Of a DNA stretch of 64,000 nt, positions 56,015-64,000 are shown piece by piece. The first letter of the stretch is position 1. Every line of letters starts with the position of its first letter. The DNA comes from an uncultured Planctomycetota bacterium (GTDB lineage: Bacteria > Planctomycetota > Planctomycetia > Isosphaerales > Isosphaeraceae): assembly GCA_963823665.1 (NCBI GenBank), contig CAWGMQ010000012.1:1-64000 (forward strand). The letters run 5' to 3'. Under the pieces are notes generated by a model, which worked only from the letters and a program-made list of their open reading frames with translations, was not told the origin of the DNA and searched no databases. Made by a program: the position numbers and the translations under genes.

Positions 56015-58896
56015 GTGAAAACTGCCGGCGCTGACGGTAATCTCCTTTTCGGCGTGGTTGCACTGCAGACCGACGCAATCACGCGGACGCAATTCGTCGA
56101 TGGCTGTGCCCTATGGGCCAGCCAGAAGGAGCGCTCGCTTGCGGACATTCTCGCGGAGCGGGCGTGGATCACGGCCGAGGATCGGGCCGACGTGGAGCGC
56201 GTGGTCGGTCGGAAGCTCCGTCGGCACGGCCTTCAGCCCCGACGCCCGGTCGCTGTTCGTGTCGGAAAATAAGCGATCTGTCATCAACCAGAACAACAGC
56301 TTCTTCGGTCAGGTCTGGGATCCGGGCAAGGGAAGACCGATTACTGCTCCCATGACAAGCACGAAGTCCGTTTTGTACTCGAGCGGCTGATTGTCTGGTG
56401 ACGAATACCAACAACCTGTGGGTCGTACATGATGCCAAGGACGGCCGCGTGAGGGGTGCTGGCCTTCATGCCGGGACTGCTGAATGGCTTGATTCGCGTC
56501 CGTTTGGTCGCACCATGCTTGCCGCGTCCCATCGCGACGTTCATCTGTGGCAGATATCAACGGATTCAGAGCTGGTTCTCCGTGGAGGAACCGAGTCGCA
56601 AGCATCGCTCTCGGGATCGAGCCGCGAGCCGGATGCGGGATATCACCTCATTCTGGACCGGGCTGTGGACGACGGGGCGAATCGCGATTGCACTGGCCAA
56701 GCGGGCGGGCGAGCCAGCACTGATCCGATTCTCGGATCCGGCGACGGGACGCACTCTGGGAAGGCCCGCCTCGCACTACCCCGGCTGGAAGTTCGGTAGC
56801 TTCGCAGTCAGTCCCGACGGCCGATGCCTCGCGACCGAGAGCCATCAGGACGGTCGCTTCGCGAGCGAGGTGCGACTCTGGAACGCGAGCACGGGCCGGT
56901 TGCAGTGCCCGCCGATTCCGCAACTCAACTACGTCGCGGCCCTGGCCTTCCAGTCCGACGGCAAGGTGCTGGCCACCGGCGATTTCTACGGACTGGTCCG
57001 GCTCTGGGATACCTCGACAGGCCGGGAGATCGGGCATCCGCTTTTTCAATGCGAGATCGTGCTCAGCCTGGCGTTCAGCCCGGATGGCCAGATGCTCGCG
57101 GTGGGGCTTTCCAACGATCATACCGCCAAACCGGGCGTCCGGGTCTGGGACACCGGGACACGCCAACCCGTCGGCGATTTGCTGCCGAGCACCCATCCCG
57201 TCAACCGGATTGAATTCCGTCCCGATGGTCGAGCCCTGCTCGTGGATGCCGGTCCCACCACGCGGCTCTGGGATCTGCCCCGACGGCAGACGATCGGCGA
57301 GCCGATCATTGACGAGGTGTCTTGCGGATTCCGTAGGGATGGTGGGGCGTTCCTCACGGTCGGAAGTGACGGCACGGTCAAACTTCGCGACGCAGCGACG
57401 GCGGCGGTTATTTCCAGCCTGCTCTCCAGCACGTCGCCGGCCACCTGCGCGGCGTTTCGCAGTGATGGTGCGCTCGTCGTCGCGGGGTTCGCGGATGGCA
57501 GCGCCCGGCTCTGCGACCCGGCCACATCGCAGCCGGTCGGTCCACCGCGCTTGCTAAGTCACGGCGTTCATCACGTCGCGTTCGCGCCCGAAGGCCGGAC
57601 TTTTGCCGCGATCGACGAGTTCGGCGAAGCCCGCACCTGGCCCGTTGCCGAGCCGGTCCAGGATGCCGAGCTCGCCGACTTGACGCTGCGGATCGAGGCC
57701 CGGACCGGCCTCCGGATGGACACCGGTCAGGCGATCTCGCGGCTCGACGACCGGGCCTGGCGCGACCGGCTCGAGCGGTTAGGGCAACTCGATCCCACCG
57801 CGTTGCAGCCGGATGACGATTCCGCCTGGTACGAGTTGATGCTCAGTGAGGCCGAGCGGAACGGCCATGCGTTCGCGGCGCTGTGGCATCTCGACCGCCT
57901 GATCGCCGCGCGGCCCGACGATTGGTCCCTCTATGCGCACCGGAGGCGTGCGCGGTCCTTGTCCGACAACTCCGACAGGTTCGCCAAGGCCGCCACGGAC
58001 TACGGGCAGGCGGAGCGGCTGGGCTCCCGCGAGGAGGTCTTGGATTTCCAGACTCAGTGCGTGGTCGACTGCACCGAAGCCGGGCGCTGGGCCGAGGCCC
58101 TCTGGTATCTCGACCGCCTGATCGCCGCGCGGCCCGAGGACGGTTTCCTGCACGAGGACCGCGCGGCGGTCTTCGGCAAACTGGGGCGCGAGGCCGACCG
58201 CCAGGCCGAGCTTGCCCGCGTCTTCGAGCTGGGGGCCGACCAGGGACTGGTCATTCCCCGGGCCGAGGAGCTCGGCAAGGCAGGCCGCTGGGCCAAGGCC
58301 GCGGTCCTGCTGGCGCACTGCGGCCGGACCGGTCCGCTGAGCCGGGAGCTCGCCCAGGCCTGGGTGATCGCCTGTATGAGGGCGGGTGATCGCGCGGGCT
58401 ACCGCGAGGCCTGCCTGCGTTCATCGCCTGCCATCGACCGGAACCGACGGTCTTCTGGAACACCCTGGCCGCGGCTTCGTTCATTGGCCTGGGGGCGCAG
58501 GGCCTGGACGACTACCAGGTGCCAATACACTGGTGCGAAAACCGGCTTGCCGCCGTCCCCGCGCCGGGCAAGCTGGCTCGTCACCTGTTGGTGAGCGCCT
58601 GGGAGGACTGCTGCTCCGGGCCGGCCGGGAGGATGAGGCGATCGCGCACCTGAACGAAGGAATCAACCTCGGAGTAATGGAATTCGCCACCGACTGGGCC
58701 TTCCTGGCAATGGCGGGCGCGGAAGGGAAGGATCGAACAAGCCCGCCGCTCACTGGAGCGTCTCCGCGCTGCGGCTCCGGATCCGTTGGGATCTTTCTGG
58801 GAATTCCAGGAGCTGGCCCTCCTGCGGAGCGAGGCCGAGTCAATGCTCTTCGATGCCGGGTTTCCGAGTGACCCGTTTCACGGTTCGAAGCCGTGA
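56015..58896 (+). pseudogene. Ser/Thr kinase-WD40-TPR type gene lacking the kinase domain
   Basis: Kinase-type leader 'ADGNLLFGVVALQ...SLADIL' joined directly to WD40 repeats, then TPRs and the tail 'DAGFPSDPF'. Confidence 0.72.
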
Positions 58897-59061
58897 TCCC
58901 GGCGGCATTCGTCCGACAAGCGGCTTCCGAACGCGATCTCGATTCGCTCCGAAACTACGCCGATTTCCGGGCGCTCAATGCCCGACCGGACTGTCCCACG
59001 CGATCCATTCGCTCGACCGTGACGACCTCAGTCTCATTTTTGTCTGGGCGCCGCCACTGAT

Positions 59062-59610
59062 TCATCCTTGATTGTCCTCGCGGGGAGCATGCCTTGCGGG
59101 CGGCCGTTCGGCGCACCTGGACGGGTTTAACGCCGCCGCGGCCATGCGTCGTTCGAGCACGGCGTGAAGACGGCTGACCGTTCGTAGCAAATCAGCTCGG
59201 TCAACTTCACTCAACTCATCGAATACCGTCGTCATTGCCCTGCAATGTTCTCCCCAAACCCGCTCGCCGACCTTGCTCCCTTCAGGAGTGGTTTCGATCA
59301 CGGTGGCGCGCCGGTCGGTGCAATGGGCGACGCGCCGGACCAACCCCTCGTGCTCGAGCGCATCGACCAGCTTGGTAATGTTGCGGGCCGAGACGTCGAG
59401 CCTCACGCCCAGTTCGCTCATGATCATCGGCCCTTTGACGTGTAGCATGCCGATCAGCTTGAGCCGAGCGTAGCTAATCGATCCCTTCTCATACTTTAAC
59501 TCGAGCCAACGCCTGAATAATGGCATGAGGCGCCCGAAGGCTTCAACGAGGGACTGGGAGTCGGACGTGCGGTCCGAGGAAGACCTTGACATTTCAGACT
59601 CGACTCTCAT
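59062..59610 (-). CDS. MarR family transcriptional regulator
   Basis: 'MSELGVRLDVSARNITKLVDALEHEGLVRR...DRRATVIETTPEG'. Confidence 0.92.
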   Translation of the reverse strand: MRVESEMSRSSSDRTSDSQSLVEAFGRLMPLFRRWLELKYEKGSISYARLKLIGMLHVKGPMIMSELGVRLDVSARNITKLVDALEHEGLVRRVAHCTDRRATVIETTPEGSKVGERVWGEHCRAMTTVFDELSEVDRADLLRTVSRLHAVLERRMAAAALNPSRCAERPPARHAPREDNQG

Positions 59611-59662
59611 AATACTGGACCGGTACAATATCAACTCGGTAAGTAGATCGGTCGATATTATA
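59586..59662 (+). promoter_or_regulatory. Putative sigma70 promoter and inverted-repeat operator between marR and the divergent genes
   Basis: TTGACA-N16-CATAAT (59586-59613); inverted repeat AATATCAAC-N15-GTCGATATT (59627-59659). Confidence 0.55.
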
Positions 59663-59773
59663 AACCGGCGACAGGCCCCTGGACAGCAAAGCCCTCAACC
59701 GGCCCCGACAATAAGTCGGGCTCCAGGGCGGAGGCCGACACGGGGCCTGCACAGTAAAAACGAAGGCGACGAC

Positions 59774-60205
59774 ATGGATGCGATGCTCCGGATGCTGTTG
59801 GGATCTCACCGTTGGGACGTCGCCCAACGTGAGTATCCGCGCGTTGATCGAGCCGTCGATCGGTCCAGCATCCCAGTCATGCCCAGAACAATGGAGGCGC
59901 GGAAAATGGTGCTTTATCTCCTTTGGCTTCTCACACTTTCGGCACCCTTGATTGCTCTGGCGCTAACGGCCGGTTGCACACCCTTACAGAGGACGGTTTC
60001 CGAAACGCGCTTCGTCGCGACGACCGCCAGCGATGCGACTGCTGCGGCGGCGCCACAAGAGGCCGCAGGGCAGTCTCGGAAGCGCGAGCACTCACGGGAG
60101 ATCAAAATCTGGCGCGGCGGAATTGTGTCGATCATCGAAAGGGAAGGTCCACTCGATGAAGAATCGACCGTGGGCCGACGGGTAGACCACACCGCGTCGC
60201 CGTGA
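59774..60205 (+). CDS. Hypothetical protein, possible lipoprotein
   Basis: Hydrophobic stretch ending 'LALTAGC'; lies between the marR promoter region and the MFS gene. Confidence 0.5.
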   Translation: MDAMLRMLLGSHRWDVAQREYPRVDRAVDRSSIPVMPRTMEARKMVLYLLWLLTLSAPLIALALTAGCTPLQRTVSETRFVATTASDATAAAAPQEAAGQSRKREHSREIKIWRGGIVSIIEREGPLDEESTVGRRVDHTASP

Positions 60206-60274
60206 CCGTTCGGCGGGCGGCGGCCATAAAACAAACGATTGGACCCTGATCGAGACTCTAGGGAAGGATTCTTC

Positions 60275-61227
60275 GTGCCCTCTACAGAACTCAGCCGCCG
60301 ATTGTCGCGTCAAGAACGCTTGATCTTGCTTGTCCTGGCCACAGTGCAGTTCACGTCGATCGTCGACTTCATGGTGATCATGCCGCTGGCACCTCAGCTC
60401 AAGCGGGCGATCGGCCTGACGACGGACCGATTTGCCTTGGTGGTGGCGGCCTACACCATCGCGGCAGGATTGGCCGGTCTGATTTCGACGGTCTTCCTGG
60501 ACCGGTTCGCGCGGAAACCGACGTACCTGGTGCTTTTCGCCGGGTTTCTGATCGGGACGCTCGCCTGCGGCATCGCTCCCGACTTCGTCAGCCTGTTGGC
60601 GGCCCGCGCACTGACCGGCGCGTTCGGCGGAATCTTGGGTGGCATGGCGATGACGATCATCGGCGATGTCTTCCCCGAGAATCGCCGTGGAACGGCCACC
60701 GGCATCCTGATGGTATCGTTCTCGATGGCCTCGGTCCTCGGAGTACCGATCGGCCTGACGCTCGGGCAGGAGTATGGTTGGCACATCCCGTTCCTTGTCC
60801 TCGCGGCGCTTTGCGTCCCCTTCTTCATCCTGGCAGCTCGGGTGTTGCCCCGACTGGAATGATCACCTCGAGTGTCGTCCCGCGCCTTCGGGGCGGCTTC
60901 ATGGGTGCCAACTCGGCCATTCAACATCTCTCCTCGAGCCTCGGGGTCATCGTCGCCGGTTTCATCCTGTTCGAGCCCAAGAATGGGCCGATCGAGCACT
61001 TCCCCGTCGTCGGCCTGATGGCTGCCATCGTCTCGCTCTCGACCTTGTGGCTTGCCGGCCGACTTCGGGTGGAGGGTGTTGCCGCGGACGAAGCGGCCGT
61101 GGAACCGGTGAAGTCTCAGCTTTCGGTAGCGCACGGACAGGAGAAAGTGCTAAAACCAGCCGTAACAACAAGAGTCGTCTTGTCTCGGGAGGACCAGGTC
61201 GCCCCGATCTCGGCCCGCACCGGATAG
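60275..61227 (+). pseudogene. MFS transporter with internal deletion
   Basis: TM1-6 ('LDRFARK', 'PENRRGTATG') joined out of frame to the final helices ('PRLRGGFMGANS'). Confidence 0.75.
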
Positions 61228-61248
61228 ACGGAGCAGGAGGAATCGGCC

Positions 61249-61527
61249 ATGCGCTTTGATCACATGCACTCTGCGGAATTCCTGGAACTGTGCTCCAGAT
61301 TTCCACTGACGCCGATCGAGGATGACGGTTCGTACCGGGCTGCGATCGGGATCCTCGATCGTCTCTTCGAACTTGATGACCTGCGGACTCCGGCCGAGCT
61401 GGAGTATTTCCGGACGTTGGCACAATTCGCTGCTGAATATGAAATGAAATCCAATTCGACGCCCGCCAGCGTTGTTTCCTTCGCCGGCGCGGCGAGCGAC
61501 GAAGCACTGGTGTCCGGCTCGTCTTAA
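61249..61527 (+). CDS. Small protein resembling the N-terminal half of HigA-type antitoxins, no HTH
   Basis: 'FLELCSRFPLTPIEDDGSYRAAIGILDRL...AELEYFRTLAQFAAEYE'; AGGAGG RBS. Confidence 0.65.
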   Translation: MRFDHMHSAEFLELCSRFPLTPIEDDGSYRAAIGILDRLFELDDLRTPAELEYFRTLAQFAAEYEMKSNSTPASVVSFAGAASDEALVSGSS

Positions 61528-61537
61528 CGCAGGCGGA

Positions 61538-62098
61538 TCAGAAGAACCATATCACCGGGACCGAGACCATCCACAAGGCAGCCAGGAGGCGGCCGAAACG
61601 GTCGATCCAGCTCGGCTCGGGATACCAGCGGCGAGTTGCGATCAAGCATACCCAGGCCAGCGGCGCGACGGCGGTGACCAACACTCGGAGGCTGATAACG
61701 ATGATTCGCCCGGCGGGCCCAGGAACGCCGAGGAAGGCAAAGGGCAGAGAGGCCAGGAAAACGGCGCAAGGCGGGGCACAGGCGGCGAATCCAGGCTGGC
61801 AGATCAGCGAACGCAACGGAGCACGCGGGCGCTTCAGTCGCATAATCACGAAGGCCGGCAGCAGGAAGAAGAGGAAGCAGAGCACGATGATAATGAGATA
61901 CTTTGCAAGTGTCAGGGAGTTACCGAAATTCCAGAAATAGTTGACCGGGACCGAGCGGATTTTGAATGCGAGCGAGAAGAGGGCGGGCCGGGCCAACGCG
62001 AGCCCCAGCGCCAACGCGATGATGAGGATCATGGCATCGCCCACCCTGAACGGGCGCCGCTGTCTGTGGTCGATGCCGGTGACTGTCGGGTGCTGCAT
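61538..62098 (-). CDS. Hypothetical membrane protein
   Basis: 'RPFRVGDAMILI', 'QPGFAAC', 'EPSWIDRFGR'; several TM helices. Confidence 0.72.
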   Translation of the reverse strand: MQHPTVTGIDHRQRRPFRVGDAMILIIALALGLALARPALFSLAFKIRSVPVNYFWNFGNSLTLAKYLIIIVLCFLFFLLPAFVIMRLKRPRAPLRSLICQPGFAACAPPCAVFLASLPFAFLGVPGPAGRIIVISLRVLVTAVAPLAWVCLIATRRWYPEPSWIDRFGRLLAALWMVSVPVIWFF

Positions 62099-62633
62099 CG
62101 ATCGGTCCTCTCCCCGTTCGTTGTCGGCGTGCGTCGTCTCGCCAGATAAGCCAATGGCCGCTCGCCCAGGGCGTAGGCTGCCACGTGCACTCAGCTCGGC
62201 ACCCGAAAGATGTCCGCGACCACGTTTCACCTGCTAGTATCTTTTGCGGCAGGTTGTGTCTGTTGAATGAGTTAGTGAAATATGGATGAAGCCTTGTTCT
62301 TCAGTTGGTGATGACAAGCTTGCCTTTTGTGAAGGCCAACGACTGAATTGCCAAAACCGTCGCCCAGGAAGAAGAGGACATTGCCGCCTACTTATCTCGT
62401 GTTTTCCATTGCGAGCATGATCGCTCTGGGTGTATTGCTGCCTGGATATCAGATCATCGTGTTCCCGTGGCGTGGACTCGAACGGCTGTGGACTGCGACA
62501 CCTGGGCCGGGCCAACCAGCCGAGGTTTTGTAGGTCCGGCCCTGTTGCGGTTCGGCTCGAAGCGCTGAAGGATGGAGGGGTTGATGACCGTCAATGACAA
62601 CGGACGACTGTCCGCAACCCGTTTACAACCGCC

Positions 62634-63581
62634 ATGCACGAATATGACAAGTGCGGAAAATACCAGATCCAGCACTACGGCGACTCGATTCTTCGGATGG
62701 CGCGTGTGCGGGCCATCTCATCGTGGAAGCCGGTGCAGGCCGAGCTCGTCCAGCACCGGCGGCTTCCGGATGGGCTGATCGAGGTGCTGCACGTCGGCGA
62801 AGACGAGCTCGACACGTATCTTCTGGAAATTGCCACTTACCCCGAAGCACGTGTCGCGAGTCAGGTAATGGACGACATCGCGCTTTCGTGGCTGGGGCGA
62901 CATGTACTTCCGGAGGTCGTGGTCCTATTCCTCTACCCCAAGGGAAATGTCTTGCCGGCGGAAACCATCAAGTTGAAGAGCCGCCAGGGCTGTACGACGT
63001 GGGATGCGTCATGGCGCATCGTCAAGCTGTGGGAAGTGCCGGTTGGCGAGCTACTGGCGACCGGCGATATCGGTGTAGTTCCGTGGGTGCCGCTGGCGCA
63101 GTTCGATGGACCGCCTGAGCCGATCATCCGCGAATGCCGAGCTCGCATCGACAAAGTCGGCTCGCGCGTCGAGAAGGAAAATCTGCTCGCAGTGACTCAA
63201 TTCCTGGCACGCTTGCGGTATAATGACGAGGCGTTGTTCGAGATCCTGGGAGGGCGAAAAGGCATGATCGAGTCGCCGCTGCTTCAAGAGCTCAAGAAAG
63301 AATGGACCGAAGAGGGGAAGCGCGAAGGGAAGCGCGAAGGGAAGCGCGAAGGGAAGCGCGAAGGGAAGCGCGAAGGGAAGCGCGAAGGGAAGCGCGAAGG
63401 GAAGCGCGAAGGGGAAATCGAATCCCTCATGACGTTCTTGATACGGCGGTTTGGCACCCAAGCTGCGTCGCTCAAGACAGAGATCACGGCGATCGCCGAT
63501 GACGCGCGGTTGAAAGACTTGATCGAGCATGCCGCCACGTGCCGGAGCCTGGCGGCGTTTCGCAAGAAGCTCACGTCATGA
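62634..63581 (+). CDS. Rpn/PD-(D/E)XK-like (transposase_31-related) protein with GKRE repeats
   Basis: 'RRLPDGLIEV...LLEIATY', 'IVKLWE', 'MIESPLLQE', (GKRE)n and a DUF4351-like tail 'LIRRFG'. Confidence 0.7.
   Translation: MHEYDKCGKYQIQHYGDSILRMARVRAISSWKPVQAELVQHRRLPDGLIEVLHVGEDELDTYLLEIATYPEARVASQVMDDIALSWLGRHVLPEVVVLFLYPKGNVLPAETIKLKSRQGCTTWDASWRIVKLWEVPVGELLATGDIGVVPWVPLAQFDGPPEPIIRECRARIDKVGSRVEKENLLAVTQFLARLRYNDEALFEILGGRKGMIESPLLQELKKEWTEEGKREGKREGKREGKREGKREGKREGKREGKREGEIESLMTFLIRRFGTQAASLKTEITAIADDARLKDLIEHAATCRSLAAFRKKLTS
63315..63410 (+). repeat. Coding tandem repeat, 8 x 12 bp GGGAAGCGCGAA
   Basis: Perfect repeats encoding (GKRE)8. Confidence 0.95.
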
Positions 63582-63675
63582 TGCCTTTGTCGGCTCGGCG
63601 GAGATTGTCTCTGAGCACTCTCAGGCTTGTGGCCAAACTAGCAGCGTCCCTGTTTCCGTCCCCTGTTTCCGTCCC

Positions 63676-64000
63676 ATGAAATCAATCACCGCAACGAATT
63701 ATCAGAAAGACAAACTTTATCCCGCGGTCGCGCGGGCCGTTGCGGAAATCCTCCAAACGACGAACGTGGTCACTCCGGTCGAGTTGCTGCTGCGCTTGCA
63801 GCGGATCACGAAAGCGCAGTGCGAGGATTGGCGGTTCGGACGCATCCCCTATCTGGAGCGCGTCTGCGTTGGGAACCTCTCCAAGCTCTCCGTCATCCTG
63901 CGGCTTCTTGACTACCACGCCCGAACTATCGGATTGAAACCGTCGCAAACCATATATCATAAATGGGGCCGCGGTGGTAAACATATCGTGCTTCGTTTCT
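63676..64000 (+). CDS. Hypothetical protein, runs off the window
   Basis: MKSITATNYQKDKLYPAVARAVAEIL...EDWRFGRIPYLERV...YHKWGRG, open to the window end. Confidence 0.7.
   Translation, partial: MKSITATNYQKDKLYPAVARAVAEILQTTNVVTPVELLLRLQRITKAQCEDWRFGRIPYLERVCVGNLSKLSVILRLLDYHARTIGLKPSQTIYHKWGRGGKHIVLRF

Noticed and set aside
56388..56390. TGA in the WD40 region as a second Sec codon
   Set aside because: Protein-like sequence (AADCLVTNTNNLW) continues in another frame, so this is a frameshift; no SECIS-like hairpin was noticed.
63315..63410. Repeat array as CRISPR
   Set aside because: 12-bp head-to-tail coding repeats with no spacers and no cas genes.
63645..63675. Short CGTCCC(C)TGTTTC micro-repeat
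   Set aside because: Only about 2.5 copies; no function can be supported from this window.
1..64000. Numerous frameshifts read as pseudogenes or programmed frameshifting
   Set aside because: They occur throughout, including in essential hisS and rpsR, without consistent slippery motifs; long-read indel errors are the simplest explanation.

Overview
GC-rich bacterial chromosome segment, almost certainly Planctomycetota and probably Isosphaerales-like. This is inferred from DUF1501, DUF1559, a planctomycete cytochrome c-WD40 protein, a PPC-domain protein, DUF1570 and a long ECF sigma factor. Many genes, including essential ones (hisS, rpsR), carry single-base frameshifts, which points to an unpolished long-read assembly. 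Gene ends are therefore approximate, and frameshifts alone are not treated as pseudogenes. Housekeeping content: hisS-hisZ-hisG, hisF, pilT-gspE-cvpA, rpsR, a Glu dehydrogenase, creatininase, CYTH, SPFH, TolC and SCO genes. Two observations stand out. (1) A secreted FG-GAP/VCBS-repeat gene has an in-frame TGA directly followed by a Cys codon and a 17-nt SECIS-like hairpin, making it a candidate selenoprotein with a UC motif. (2) Two copies of one IS4-family element inserted independently, each with its own target-site duplication, at the equivalent position in each arm of one REP-like inverted repeat, and an empty copy of that repeat lies at 28 kb. Also present: an IS701-like element splitting a membrane patatin, an Rpn-like gene with an apparent internal start, a very basic 47-aa ORF, a structured long leader before an ArsR gene and several deletion remnants. 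No rRNA, tRNA or CRISPR array was recognised. All family calls come from motif recognition by eye, not database searches.
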